A stretch of DNA of 64,000 nucleotides from Klebsormidium nitens (GCA_000708835.1 DF238763.1:1-64000), one strand, 5' to 3'. Positions 30,976 to 42,486 are shown, counted from the stretch's first letter. The notes: a model not told the origin generated them from the sequence alone. Numbers and translations: made by a program.

Positions 30976-32151
30976 ATGAGCAGACGATTATCGATTCTAA
31001 AGCAACCAATTCTTTCCGTGGTGAATGATCACTTAATTGACTATCCAACACCTAGCAATCTAAGCTATTGGTGGAGTTTTGGATCTTTAGCCGGCATTTG
31101 CTTAGTGCTCCAAATTGCTACAGGTGTGTTCTTAGCCATGCATTACACTCCTCATGTAGACCTCGCATTTTTGAGCGTTGAGCATATTATGCGTGATGTC
31201 ACTGGAGGCTGGCTACTTCGATACATGCACGCGAACGGAGCAAGCATGTTCTTTATTGTGGTTTACTTCCATATCTTTCGTGGTTTGTATTATGGGAGTT
31301 ATGCAAGCCCACGAGAGCTCGTGTGGTGTGTTGGTGTGGTGATCTTGTTGCTTATGATCATTACTGCCTTTATTGGCTATGTTTTGCCATGGGGGCAAAT
31401 GAGTTTTTGGGGAGCAACTGTTATTACAAGCTTAGCAAGTGCAATTCCAGTTGTAGGGGATACTATAGTCACATGGCTATGGGGGGGGTTCTCAGTAGAT
31501 AATGCAACCTTAAATAGGTTTTATAGTCTGCACTATCTGCTGCCTTTTATTATAGCAGCTGCTAGTATTGTTCACATAGCTGCTTTGCACCAATACGGTT
31601 CAAACAACCCTTTAGGGGTCAACTCTTCTGTAGACAAGATTCCCTTTTATCCTTACTATTATACAAAAGATTTAGTTGGATGGGTTGCGTTTGCACTCTT
31701 CTTTTCAATCTTTATCTTTTATGCTCCAAACGTGCTAGGACACCCGGACAACTACATCCCGGCAAATCCAATGTCAACACCGGCTCATATTGTCCCAGAG
31801 TGGTATTTCTTACCCGTTTATGCAATATTACGTAGCATTCCAAACAAACTGGGCGGAGTTGCAGCAATCGCATTCGTTTTTTTGTCACTATTTGCTTTGC
31901 CTTTTATCAATACTTCTTATGTAAGAAGCTCAAACTTTCGTCCAATTCATAAGAAGTTGTTTTGGGTTCTTGCAGCTGACTGTTTAATCTTGGGATGGAT
32001 TGGTTGCCAACCAGTAGAACCTCCGTATGTGCTTATAGGACAGATTGCAACAGTTGTGTTCTTTTTATATTTTGCTTTGGTTCCTTTTCTTGGCATTTTG
32101 GAGAATCGATTAATAACACACCAAGCAACGTCCTCTGCGCAGGTCGCGTAG
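30976..32151 (+). CDS. cob: Apocytochrome b
   Basis: [29 protein letters not shown] motif. Confidence 0.99.
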   Translation: MSRRLSILKQPILSVVNDHLIDYPTPSNLSYWWSFGSLAGICLVLQIATGVFLAMHYTPHVDLAFLSVEHIMRDVTGGWLLRYMHANGASMFFIVVYFHIFRGLYYGSYASPRELVWCVGVVILLLMIITAFIGYVLPWGQMSFWGATVITSLASAIPVVGDTIVTWLWGGFSVDNATLNRFYSLHYLLPFIIAAASIVHIAALHQYGSNNPLGVNSSVDKIPFYPYYYTKDLVGWVAFALFFSIFIFYAPNVLGHPDNYIPANPMSTPAHIVPEWYFLPVYAILRSIPNKLGGVAAIAFVFLSLFALPFINTSYVRSSNFRPIHKKLFWVLAADCLILGWIGCQPVEPPYVLIGQIATVVFFLYFALVPFLGILENRLITHQATSSAQVA

Positions 32152-32543
32152 ACCTGAAATCAAGCCCTGGAAAGGATTGCTGCCTAGTTTGCTAAAAAAG
32201 ATTCTTTTTTTAGCGCAACTGGAAGCTGAAGACCTCTAAATAAAAAAGAATTCTATTTTTTGAATGAGCGAAGAGCCTGTCCCAATCTCCTACGTGGAGC
32301 GAAGAGCTACTAATGGGGCTGTTGCCCCATTAGTAGCTCTTTGCTCCCGAGAGGGAGTGGGTGGTACACACTAGGGGGCTTAAGCTTTATAAGGAAAGCA
32401 AAAAAAAGGTTCTTTTATTGTCTTTTTGAAGGAGGGCGCATGATCTTTATCAATCAGTCTTTCAGTCGCTGTTTCGGTATATTATGAAACAAAAAAGGTT
32501 CAGTGAACCGTTGTGAGACTAAAAAAAATTGTAAGGAAGCAAT

Positions 32544-33734
32544 ATGGGACAAAAAACATCTCCAATCTCAACACGACTTTACGGAAATTGTTGGCCAGAA
32601 TCATGCTGGTATAGTGATGCAAACACTTTCTCTTTATTCTATCAAGAATTCAACCAAAAGCAATTTTTTGATTCAATAATGCCTCCTACCGGTCGTAAAT
32701 TTGGTTTCCGTCCGGCAAGCGTCGTATGCCATCAATTTCCAAAAAAGAACTATATTCATCTCTTTTTTCTTCGTCGCAACCGACGATTCAAATTACGCGG
32801 AAACAAGCGTCGGCGTGTATTTCGATTTGCTAAACATCTAAATAAAAAGACTAGCCGCTTTCAATCAAAAGGCTTACGTATGCCTGTCAATAAGCGCTTA
32901 TCGGTGATTGATGTGGTTGCGATTTATCACCTATATATGAACAAAAATATGCTGTTGACCAAGTTGCTTCCTTTCGCGAATTATGCGAAACAATTACGGA
33001 AGAAACTGTTTTTGAGCAAAACTTGTCTAAACCCGCTCAAAAAGAGTGCTCCATTGGCTGTGACTAGGCTAGGTTTACGCTCCAATAAGGCCTCGTGTAA
33101 CAACTTAGGCACCCAGAACAAAGACAGAAACTCTGAAGAGAAAAAGCAACTTTCTGATACAAAGCCATTCTCACAAAAAAGTGTAGCAAAGCAAAAAAAA
33201 GATTCTTTGTTTATTGCACAGCCACTTCCCTCTTCTTTGCGCCAGCAAAAGATAGACTTTGATGGAACACCATTCGGCCTTCTTGAATCCTCTTCCTTTG
33301 CCTCGAAACGACCATACAATACTCATATGACTGAGTTGCTTCGCTTCACCTCAGGCTCAAACGCTTTCATTGTTCCGCTCAGACTTAATAGTATGATGGT
33401 CAGTGCCTCTTTGATTGCAACCCATATTTGTTCATTGTTGCAGCAGAAAAAGAGGTTTCAATCAATCTGTAAATGGTTGTTTAAGGATATAAAAAAATAT
33501 GAGGCTATTAAAGGGGTCCGTATTAGTTGTTCCGGCCGGCTCAATGGCAAGGCTATTGCTCGAACAGACTTGCGGAAGTTAGGCGAAACCTCTTTACATA
33601 CATTCAAAAAAAAAATTGATTATGCTCAATCTATGGCCATAACACGTCATGGTGTGCTAGGGATTAAAGTTTGGGTGTCTTATTCTATAAAGGGTGACGA
33701 AACTTTAGAGAATAAAAAAAAACGATCAAAATGA
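32544..33734 (+). CDS. rps3: Ribosomal protein S3 (expanded central region)
   Basis: MGQKTSPIS start; C-terminal GVRISCSGRLNG and GVLGIKVW. Confidence 0.95.
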   Translation: MGQKTSPISTRLYGNCWPESCWYSDANTFSLFYQEFNQKQFFDSIMPPTGRKFGFRPASVVCHQFPKKNYIHLFFLRRNRRFKLRGNKRRRVFRFAKHLNKKTSRFQSKGLRMPVNKRLSVIDVVAIYHLYMNKNMLLTKLLPFANYAKQLRKKLFLSKTCLNPLKKSAPLAVTRLGLRSNKASCNNLGTQNKDRNSEEKKQLSDTKPFSQKSVAKQKKDSLFIAQPLPSSLRQQKIDFDGTPFGLLESSSFASKRPYNTHMTELLRFTSGSNAFIVPLRLNSMMVSASLIATHICSLLQQKKRFQSICKWLFKDIKKYEAIKGVRISCSGRLNGKAIARTDLRKLGETSLHTFKKKIDYAQSMAITRHGVLGIKVWVSYSIKGDETLENKKKRSK

Positions 33735-34301
33735 GGCGTAGAGCCACTAATGGGGCTATTGCCCCCTGCTTCGCTGAAAAAAAAAGTTTTTTTTTTCTCT
33801 ACGCTCCAATCCCCTTCGGGGATCTTCGCTGAAAAAAAAGTTTTTTTTTTTATCTTCGCTCCAATCTCCTTCGGAGAGAGGCTCTTCGCTCCACACTTTT
33901 AAAAAGTGTGGCTCTTCGCTCCAATCCTATGCAGGGAGTAGCTCTTCGCTTCCCGTAGGAAAGCGGAGGTCTAATAAGAGGGCTATTGGTCGCCAATAGG
34001 CTAGGTAGCCTCACTTCAAGATAGAAGGTGCTCTTTTTTACTTCGTTCCACTCCCCTTGGGGGAGAGCGACTTCGTTCCTTTTCAATTTTTTTTGCTCTT
34101 TCTTCTTTTGCGAAGCGGAGAGCATTCAAACACCTATTGAAACTTTTTTTTGCCTCAATCTTCACAAGAGCACTCTCCGCTGCGCGGTCTATAAAGAATT
34201 TTTTTCTAGCAAAGAGCCACTAATGAGTGCCACCCCCCCTAAACGGGATTGACGTGGTTTACCAGTGGTATCAAGTTCATTTTTTTAACTTTGGTCAATC
34301 A

Positions 34302-34733
34302 ATGCACTATCCTAAACAAACGAAATTCAGAAAATATCAAAAAGGTTTTGCATCCGGATGCAAACCAGAAGGCAGTAAGCTATCTTTTGGAAAATTTGGG
34401 ATTAAGAGTTTAGAAGCTACCAGGGTCTCATCTCAAGTTATCGAAGCAACACGCCGTACAATTAGCCGAAAGCTGAAAAGAAGTGGGCAGATTTGGGTAA
34501 GGGTTTTTGCCGATATCCCAGTGAGCCAAAAGCCGGCTGAAGTTCGTATGGGAAAAGGAAAAGGACAGCCTTCTTTCTGGATTGCTCGTGTGCAAACAGG
34601 ACAGTTATTGTTTGAGATGGATGGAGTGAGCCTGCAAAATGCACAGCAGGCCGCAATTTTAGCATCTCATAAATTAGGCTTCCGTACCAAGTTTGTGCAA
34701 TGGGTTGAACCCTTGCAAATTCAAAAACAATAA
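34302..34733 (+). CDS. rpl16: Ribosomal protein L16
   Basis: YPKQTKFRKYQKG, KPAEVRMGKGKG. Confidence 0.98.
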   Translation: MHYPKQTKFRKYQKGFASGCKPEGSKLSFGKFGIKSLEATRVSSQVIEATRRTISRKLKRSGQIWVRVFADIPVSQKPAEVRMGKGKGQPSFWIARVQTGQLLFEMDGVSLQNAQQAAILASHKLGFRTKFVQWVEPLQIQKQ

Positions 34734-34740
34734 AATTCAT

Positions 34741-35112
34741 ATGATCTCTGTAGGCACCTTTTGTGAAGTATGTGATAATTCAGGAGTAAAGATTGCTCAG
34801 TGTATTAAAATTCCAGGCCACCTGAACCGTGCAATTGTTGGGCAAATGATTGTGGTTGCGATCCAAAAAGGTCGGCTTAAAAAGGAGAAAGACAGCGCAA
34901 TTAAAGGAAAAGGTGTATATCAAGCAATAATTGTACAAACAAAAAAAGCAAAGAGTCGATTGGACGGGAGTCACTTAAAATGGGACAACAATGCCCTTGT
35001 TTTACTGCAAAAAGGGCTGCCAATAGGAAGCCGCATTCTAAAAGGTGTAGGCCATGAATTAAGAAAAAAGCGATATACTCGTTTCATTTCTCTTGCACCT
35101 AGAATTTGTTAG
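34741..35112 (+). CDS. rpl14: Ribosomal protein L14
   Basis: VCDNSGVK, WDNNALVLL, PIGSRILKGVGHELR; operon position after rpl16. Confidence 0.93.
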   Translation: MISVGTFCEVCDNSGVKIAQCIKIPGHLNRAIVGQMIVVAIQKGRLKKEKDSAIKGKGVYQAIIVQTKKAKSRLDGSHLKWDNNALVLLQKGLPIGSRILKGVGHELRKKRYTRFISLAPRIC

Positions 35113-35690
35113 AGCCCTCAAAATAGCTCAAAACATAGCCATAATTAGGATTTGTTTCAGAGCGGCAAGGCTAGTATTCAACAAAAACGTGTATAAAAAA
35201 GAGTCACGTAGAGAGGCGGAGTTTGCACCGATTAGCAACTCATAATCTTTCAAAAGAATTGAATAAAAGGGATTACGAAGCAAAAGACAGAAGTTTTTCA
35301 AAATCACTCTCCTCTTAAAGAAGAGTGAAGCGCAGCCATGGGCGGTCGCCCAAGCAGCAAAGAGAAAGAAAGTCTTTTCAGCTTAACTGTGAGCATACAT
35401 TATCCAAATCAAAAAAGAGATTCTTTGGTTTGCTACCCAGTAGAGGATGGCAGCCCTCTAAAGTCACTTCTCTCAGCAAGTCAAACGCAGTTAGAGACAT
35501 CAATCTGCCCTAATCATTGCCTTTCAAAAAAGGTTTTCGTCTTTTTTTGTTTGTGCGCACCAAGTCTATCCCCTTTCTCTCCCTTCCCTTTTCCTTCGAA
35601 AACGAATGAAAGAGTGGTTGCTCGATTCCCAATCATTAAAAGGATAAAGGAACTGCTGCTGAAAGCCGCTGAAATTGAGACTCCCCACCA

Positions 35691-36161
35691 ATGAAACATT
35701 ATATTTGGAATGTATTGAATGAAGATCTTGTTTTAAAACAAAATGTTCACACCTTTATGGAATTAATAAGCTATGATTCTGTCTGGGTTCGAATGAAAAG
35801 GTCAAGACAAAGTTATCACGACCAAACGATTGAAATCATTACAGGGCAAGCAATGGGAGGCCATATACGCTTGCGAAAAGACAGGATGTTTCACTTTTTG
35901 CAAAAAATGATGGGAACGCTTCCTATAGATCAACTCCGTTTTGGTTTAGGCAGCGGAAGCATTGATTGTAAGCTAAGCCCTGTGCTTCTCCTTGATTTTC
36001 ATGAAATGCAAGACCATTGGAGTGTTTTTGAAAAAGCTCAAGGTATGCACATTATGATAGCCACTCGTACAAAAACACGTCAGGAAACAGCCTTACTGTT
36101 TAGTGGCCTTTTAGAAAAATCAAATAATAATCCAAATCTATTATGCCATCCAATAGAGTAA
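35691..36161 (+). CDS. rpl5: Ribosomal protein L5 (divergent)
   Basis: HY..V...DL.LK.N....ME N-terminus, EIITGQ, LRKDRMFHFL, GMHIMIAT; immediately before rps14. Confidence 0.8.
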   Translation: MKHYIWNVLNEDLVLKQNVHTFMELISYDSVWVRMKRSRQSYHDQTIEIITGQAMGGHIRLRKDRMFHFLQKMMGTLPIDQLRFGLGSGSIDCKLSPVLLLDFHEMQDHWSVFEKAQGMHIMIATRTKTRQETALLFSGLLEKSNNNPNLLCHPIE

Positions 36162-36445
36162 TCACAGATAAAAAGCGCCGCAAATTAGCATTGAAATACG
36201 AACACAAGCGGAAGGAATACAAATCCATTGCTTATGATCGCAATCTACCAAATGCTATTCGATACGAATATATTGCAAAACTTTCAAAATTGCCTCGGAA
36301 TAGTTCGCTGACAAGAAGCCGTAATCGCTGTGTTGTCACTGGTAGAGCTAGATCTGTTTATCGTTTTTTTCACGTGTCTAGGATCGTTTTACGCGAGCTT
36401 GCTTCTCAAGGGCGTGTATTGGGTTTGAAAAAATCGAGTTGGTAG
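36143..36445 (+). CDS. rps14: Ribosomal protein S14
   Basis: LPRNSSLTRSRNRCVVTGRARSVYRFF, KKSSW end. Confidence 0.98.
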   Translation: MPSNRVITDKKRRKLALKYEHKRKEYKSIAYDRNLPNAIRYEYIAKLSKLPRNSSLTRSRNRCVVTGRARSVYRFFHVSRIVLRELASQGRVLGLKKSSW

Positions 36446-36513
36446 CAGGTTCTTTGCAGACCTATCTCTTATTTTTTTGTACTTTTTGGAAGTCAAAAGT
36501 CTGATAAAAAAGA

Positions 36514-36879
36514 ATGCTTTATATTATGGGTAAAAGAATGGAACCTTCAAAGAGTGTGCACATTGCTTTGCAAGCCATCTTTGGTATAGGGAAAACAAAA
36601 GCTATGTTGATCTGCAAATTAATAGGCCTTAGCCAATCCGTAAAGATCAATCAGCTAAAAAGAATGCATGTAGAACAAATTAGACGTGTTTTGAGCCGTT
36701 ATTTTATAATTGGTTCAGATTTAGAAAGGTTAATCCAACAAGATATTCAATCATTTATAAAGATTGGATGTTACCGCGGATTTCGCCACAACAGTCGCCT
36801 CCCCTGTCGTGGACAACGAACCCATACAAATGCAAAGACTTGTCGACGAGTTCACAACAGTACACCATATAGACGATGA
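36514..36879 (+). CDS. rps13: Ribosomal protein S13
   Basis: IFGIGKTKA, CYRGFRHNSRLPCRGQRTHTNAKT. Confidence 0.97.
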   Translation: MLYIMGKRMEPSKSVHIALQAIFGIGKTKAMLICKLIGLSQSVKINQLKRMHVEQIRRVLSRYFIIGSDLERLIQQDIQSFIKIGCYRGFRHNSRLPCRGQRTHTNAKTCRRVHNSTPYRR

Positions 36880-39161
36880 TACACGCTACACTACAAATGA
36901 AAACAAGCTCTCATCGGGCATTAAGAAAGAAAACCCTGGCCGTAATCAAAGACTCTTCGGGAAAACCTATATTATTTTGTAGCCTTACCCCACGTTCTAA
37001 AAAAAGAAATAAAGGGGCGAAGAGCCACACTTTCAAAAAATGTGTAACACAGTGGGGCACGCCAGTGCCATCAATGCGATTTCTTCCGGTAGAGAGTGGA
37101 GGGAAGAGTCTCTCCCCGAAGGGGATTGGAGCAAAGAGAAAAAAAAGCCTTTTTTTTTCAGTAAAGCCGTGGGCGGTCGCGCAGGGAGTGAAGCAAAAAA
37201 AAGACTCTTTTTTTTCAGCGCAGGGCGGGTCGTTAGCTACCCGAGGTAAATGGAAGCAACAAAGCAAGTCGCTTAATGGAGTGCAGCAAAGATATGCCCA
37301 GAAGCGGACGCAGCGGGGCGTGAAACGAACAGCCGCATCCAAATGGAATGGTTTTGCTCCTTTTTTGGCTCTCCGCTCTTCTAAACCGCAATCCCAAAGG
37401 CGCCGTAGACTTATAGTCTCTTTTTTAAAAGAGCTAGCCTCAAGACAGAGCACTACACTCGCCTACGGGGAGCGAAGAGCCACTAATAGAGCTGTAGCCC
37501 CCTGCTTCGCTCCAATCCCCTTCGGGGAGAGGCTCTTCGCTCCAATCCCCTTCGGGGAGAGGCTCTTCGCTCCAATCCCCTTCGGGGAGAGGCTCTTCGC
37601 TCCCCGCAAGGGATTGAAGTGGCTCTACGCTCCACTTCCAGTCAATCTAGATGCTCTAAACACCAGCAATAAACGCATGACGCATCCCGCGCTGCCACTC
37701 AATCATTACGGTTGCGTGCCTATCCTCTCTCCAGATCAAACCCCTTCAGGCGCTGACCTTTTGAAAACCTTGCGGGGTAATCTTAGCCCTCGCTTGCGGC
37801 ATAAATCTCTTGACTTAGAAGCTAAGCTGCTAGGGTTAAAGTTAGGAAAGGCTTGTATATTCAAAGGCATTCAGAGTATTGATGTTGTAATTCAAGAATA
37901 TACCAAGCCAACTTGTTTGTTGTTACAGGGTTTACGCATGGCTGGAGTTCGATTCAATAGATTACGAATCTTAAGAGCAGCTGATTATAACTATGATGTC
38001 AATTCTGTATCAGACCGCGAAATGAAGCGGCTAGGACTAGCTCGAGAAAACTCGCGCCCTTTCTTTCCGTCGCTTAAAGGGAGTAACTTTGAGAAACTAT
38101 CAACCCCTAATCCGCACGTTCTATTCCCCTTTGAGAAGAGCAACTTTGTTAGTGGGGCTAGCGCCCCCCATATCATTGCACTCCCGGGGGGGAGTGATTT
38201 CATTCCACTCCCGGGGGGGAGTGATTTCATTCGTGGCACTAGCGTGTCCCACTATGTTCCACTCCCTATCGAGAGCAATTTCATCCCGCTCTCAAAAGAA
38301 ACAAAAATAGTTACAGGAGGGAATAGGAGTCATTTTGTTTCTTGGCTGTTAGACGTTAGTCCGAAGAACGAATTGTTGCAAATTTTAGTAAAATCTCGCC
38401 TTATTAAAACATCTACTCGTCATACATTCTGGCAAGCAAGAAGTTTCAAGTATAAGATTGAAAAACTTTTATATAGAAAGAATCGAAGAGGAGCTATAAG
38501 AGAAAGAGTCTATTGTCCTCTTATTCAAAAGAAGGCTGTCAAAAAATGGAAAGCTTTTACTGATTTTAGCACTGCTTTGAAGACAAAAGAGCAAGCTTTT
38601 GTACAGCGCACTCCTTTTTATCGATTGCGCCGCAGTTTTGCTCCTTTTCTTTCAAAAAGCTCCTCTACAACCTATCATTTACTTCCCAAAGCTCGAAAGA
38701 GGGTCAAAAAAAGAGTAGCATGGCTAAGACCTAAAAAATTTCATACTTTTGAAAACTATGGCTCTTCGCTGCAAAAGTCAGGAAGCTTTCAAAAAAGGCC
38801 ACGCTTTCGTGTCAATCAAACTCGTATAATTGCAAACGTTCAAAACACACTCAATAATACAATCATAACAATAACAGATCGCTTTGGAAACACCAAAGTA
38901 TGGTGCTCTTCTGGCTCAATTGGGCTCAAAGCTTCGCGCCGCTCGACAAATTATGCGGCTCAATCTGTTGCAGAAGCTGTGGCAAAGAAATGCAGAAAGT
39001 TAGGAATTCGACGTGTAGAAGTTAGAGTCCAAGGCGTTGGTTATGGAAAACCGTCCGCCTTGAAGGGATTACGAATAGGAGGTCTTCAAATCAAGCGAAT
39101 TGTAGATACAACTCCTAAACCGCACAATGGCTGCAGAGCTCCAAAAAAGCGTCGCGTTTGA
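36876..39161 (+). CDS. rps11: Ribosomal protein S11, 761 aa: canonical domain at the C-terminus, a degenerate split S11-like copy and repeat-derived inserts upstream
   Basis: C-terminal NNTIITITD...RRSTNYAAQ...PHNGCRAPKKRRV; ATGA overlap with the rps13 stop codon. Confidence 0.9.
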   Translation: MIHATLQMKTSSHRALRKKTLAVIKDSSGKPILFCSLTPRSKKRNKGAKSHTFKKCVTQWGTPVPSMRFLPVESGGKSLSPKGIGAKRKKSLFFSVKPWAVAQGVKQKKDSFFSAQGGSLATRGKWKQQSKSLNGVQQRYAQKRTQRGVKRTAASKWNGFAPFLALRSSKPQSQRRRRLIVSFLKELASRQSTTLAYGERRATNRAVAPCFAPIPFGERLFAPIPFGERLFAPIPFGERLFAPRKGLKWLYAPLPVNLDALNTSNKRMTHPALPLNHYGCVPILSPDQTPSGADLLKTLRGNLSPRLRHKSLDLEAKLLGLKLGKACIFKGIQSIDVVIQEYTKPTCLLLQGLRMAGVRFNRLRILRAADYNYDVNSVSDREMKRLGLARENSRPFFPSLKGSNFEKLSTPNPHVLFPFEKSNFVSGASAPHIIALPGGSDFIPLPGGSDFIRGTSVSHYVPLPIESNFIPLSKETKIVTGGNRSHFVSWLLDVSPKNELLQILVKSRLIKTSTRHTFWQARSFKYKIEKLLYRKNRRGAIRERVYCPLIQKKAVKKWKAFTDFSTALKTKEQAFVQRTPFYRLRRSFAPFLSKSSSTTYHLLPKARKRVKKRVAWLRPKKFHTFENYGSSLQKSGSFQKRPRFRVNQTRIIANVQNTLNNTIITITDRFGNTKVWCSSGSIGLKASRRSTNYAAQSVAEAVAKKCRKLGIRRVEVRVQGVGYGKPSALKGLRIGGLQIKRIVDTTPKPHNGCRAPKKRRV
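37505..37603. repeat. 3 x 30-nt unit CTTCGCTCCAATCCCCTTCGGGGAGAGGCT inside rps11 (translated FAPIPFGERL x3)
   Basis: Direct reading; same unit occurs in intergenic spacers. Confidence 0.93.
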
Positions 39162-40004
39162 TAGAAAAGGAGTGTAAAAAGAATGTGTGCCTCTGCTTCC
39201 CCCTTTCTCTTACCAATTTCTTGTTTTCTTTTGAGTCAATTTTGCTGAGATTCACAGTATGGGAGGTGAATTTGGAGAGCGAATCATTTCTTTTATTTTC
39301 AGACACGGCGCATTCTGCTCTTTTACAAATTATTGAATGGCTCTCAACCGAAGTAGTTTGAGAGTCAATAAGACCTAATTTTCTAAAGAAAGTGGTTTTT
39401 TGCTTCAAACTTAGGCGATCGCCTGTAGCTATGCGATTCCACTCCTTCCCGGGAGCGAAAAGCCGCGAATGGTGCTATTGCCCCCTGCTTCGCTCCAATC
39501 TCCTTCGGAGAGAGGCTCTTCGCTCCCGGGAAGGAGTGGAGCGAAGATAAAAAAAAAACTTTTTTTTTCAGCGAAGCAGGGGGCAATAGCACCATCAGTG
39601 ATTTCATTAGTGGGGCTAGCGCCCCCCCATTGCATTGCACTCCCCTTAAAGAGGTTTGTTAGTGGGGTTAGCGCCCCTCATTTCATTCTATTCTCTTTTA
39701 GGCGGGGGTGATTAGGAGACGAAACCAGCTTCAAAAAATCAATCGATTTTCGATTGCATACGTTCATTCTAAAAGAAACAACAAACAACCAATCAAAGGT
39801 CATTCTTTTCCCCTGTTTTGTCGAGTGCCCACGGCTCTAACCTAATTCAAGTTTTTTGAATCGTAGTGAAAAGAAAACACGTAAGACTTTCACAGCATAC
39901 GGTTCAACAATTTTAGAAGCAACTCATTCATATATTCCATGCCTTTTGCTTCTTTTTTTTTATTTCCCAGAACATAGACAAACGGTCTTCTAATTCGAAT
40001 CACC

Positions 40005-41186
40005 ATGGCAAAAACAAAGCAAATAAAGAACTTTACTTTTAATTTTGGCCCACAACACCCCGCAGCTCACGGAGTGCTAAGGCTTGTACTAGAGATGAAC
40101 GGGGAGGTTGTTGTACGTGCTGAGCCCCATATAGGCTTGCTTCATCGGGGTACAGAAAAATTGATTGAGTATAAGACTTACTTACAAGCTTTGCCTTACT
40201 TTGATCGCCTCGATTATGTTTCTATGATGGCACAAGAACATGCCTATTCTTTAGCAGTTGAGAAGCTTTTAAACTGCGAAGTGCCTTTACGAGCTCAGTA
40301 CATTCGTGTTCTTTTTTGTGAGATTACTCGAATTCTGAACCATTTGCTGGCCCTGACCACGCATGCTATGGATGTGGGCGCGCTAACACCCTTTTTATGG
40401 GCTTTTGAAGAGCGAGAAAAGCTGCTTGAATTTTATGAGAGGGTATCTGGCGCTCGAATGCACGCAAGCTATATCCGGCCTGGAGGTGTTGCGCAGGATC
40501 TTCCTCTTGGATGCAGTGAAGACATCTTTCGATTTTGTGAGCAATTTGCTTCTCGTATTGATGAGATAGAAGAGATGCTTACAAACAACAGAATATGGAA
40601 GCAGCGCTTGGTTGATATCGGCACTGTTACAGCCCGGCAAGCTCTCGACTGGGGTTTTAGTGGAGTCATGTTGAGGGGCTCAGGTGTTTCTTGGGATCTA
40701 AGGAAAGCCTCACCGTATGACGTATATGATCAATTGGATTTTGATGTGCCCGTTGGTACGCGGGGAGATTGTTATGACCGTTACTGCATACGTGTTGAAG
40801 AGATGCGACAAAGCTTGCGTATTATTGTACAATGCTTGAACATGATGCCAACTGGCTTGATCAAGACAGATGATCGTAAGATTAGCCCACCCTCACGCGC
40901 TCAAATGAAGCAGTCTATGGAATCAGTCATTCACCATTTTAAATTGTATACAGAGGGTGCGCATGTTCCAGAAGGTGAGACTTATACTGCAGTGGAAGCA
41001 CCAAAAGGAGAGTTTGGGGTCTACTTAGTAAGTAATGGCACGAACCGCCCATATCGTTGTAAGATAAGAGCACCAGGCTTTGCTCATTTACAAGGGCTTG
41101 ATTTTATGTCAAAACATCATATGCTTGCAGATGTTGTAACGATTATAGGTACTCAAGATATTGTATTTGGGGAGGTAGACCGCTAA
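40005..41186 (+). CDS. nad7: NADH dehydrogenase subunit 7
   Basis: [36 protein letters not shown]. Confidence 0.99.
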   Translation: MAKTKQIKNFTFNFGPQHPAAHGVLRLVLEMNGEVVVRAEPHIGLLHRGTEKLIEYKTYLQALPYFDRLDYVSMMAQEHAYSLAVEKLLNCEVPLRAQYIRVLFCEITRILNHLLALTTHAMDVGALTPFLWAFEEREKLLEFYERVSGARMHASYIRPGGVAQDLPLGCSEDIFRFCEQFASRIDEIEEMLTNNRIWKQRLVDIGTVTARQALDWGFSGVMLRGSGVSWDLRKASPYDVYDQLDFDVPVGTRGDCYDRYCIRVEEMRQSLRIIVQCLNMMPTGLIKTDDRKISPPSRAQMKQSMESVIHHFKLYTEGAHVPEGETYTAVEAPKGEFGVYLVSNGTNRPYRCKIRAPGFAHLQGLDFMSKHHMLADVVTIIGTQDIVFGEVDR

Positions 41187-41862
41187 ACTACAAGATTGAA
41201 ACAACAGTTGCCTTCTTAAATGAGGCACAATTCGTAAAGAGAGCACTATTCGAATGCTTTAAAGGGGGAGGAGTAGAATAAGATAGGGCATATAGGATAG
41301 GCATAGTCACCCCTACTTCCTACCGAGAGTGCCATTGGGGAAGTAGAGCGTAGAGCCACCCCAATCTCCTACATGGAGCAAAGAAAAGAGCCACTTCCCG
41401 AAGGGGATTGGAGCAAAGAGCCACACTTTGTTCCACTCCCGGGGGGGTATTTCATTCAAAAAAATCTCTTTTTTGATTTCATTCCACTCCCGGGGGGAGT
41501 GATTTCATTCAAAAAAATCTCTTTTTTTATTTCATTCCACTCCCGGGGGGAGTGATTTCATTCGTGGGCGCTCGCCTAAAAAGCTTATTTTTTTCAGCGT
41601 AGCAAAAAACGAGAAACGTTACGTTTTCTTAGTAAAGCCAACTTTTGAAAAAAGGAGAGCGTAGTTGAAAGGAATCGCCCCACCCAAAAGAATTCATAGG
41701 GTAAAGCCGAGAGCAAACGCTTAAAGCTCATTTTTGCTTCTTTTACTCTCGCAAAGATTGACAAATCTTTTCGCGTATATCAAAGCAGCTTCAATCTTCG
41801 AATAAAAGAGTATAACCCATATTATAAAACCTTACTCAATTGGTCTGAAATATTGAAAAATT

Positions 41863-42486
41863 ATGTATAGGATTCAAATCAAGAGAAGCCGCCGACTGAT
41901 TAGGAATGTCTGGCTAGTCAAAAAGCGTACAAATAGGCAAAAAAGACTCCATAAAAAGATACAACGTGTTAGTTCTAGACGACGAGTCTCCGAGTATTTC
42001 TTAAAGCTTAGAGCAAGGCAGTACATATCACAATTCTATGGACATATCAATTGGAAATCAATTCATCGGCGCATTCCAGGGGCTCCTAGATTAGGAACTT
42101 TTTTTCATTCATTAGAAACACGGCTTGATGTTCTTTTATACCGAATGAAAATCTCCCCAAACTTATCTGTAATCAAGCAATTGATAAGTCATAAAAAAGT
42201 TTTGGTCAATGATCAAGTTGTAAATATTCGCAATTTTTCTATAAGACCAGGTGATATTATATCCGTTCAACCAGAAGCGGCTATTGCACTTCAGAAATCC
42301 GTCTTTCAATTAAGATTGAAAAGGTATTGGCGTAGGCAAAAATTGGTTCGATTTTGTATCAATCGTAAACAGAAAGCTCCACACCTAGAAGTCAATTTCA
42401 AAACAATGAGTGCTGTGCTGTGCACAAAGCCAAGATTTGTGAGGTTACCTTATGTAGATGATTTTAGAAAGATTGATTTTTCTTAA
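41863..42486 (+). CDS. rps4: Ribosomal protein S4
   Basis: LETRLDVLLYR, QLISHKKVLVN, IRPGDIISV (S4 domain). Confidence 0.92.
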   Translation: MYRIQIKRSRRLIRNVWLVKKRTNRQKRLHKKIQRVSSRRRVSEYFLKLRARQYISQFYGHINWKSIHRRIPGAPRLGTFFHSLETRLDVLLYRMKISPNLSVIKQLISHKKVLVNDQVVNIRNFSIRPGDIISVQPEAAIALQKSVFQLRLKRYWRRQKLVRFCINRKQKAPHLEVNFKTMSAVLCTKPRFVRLPYVDDFRKIDFS

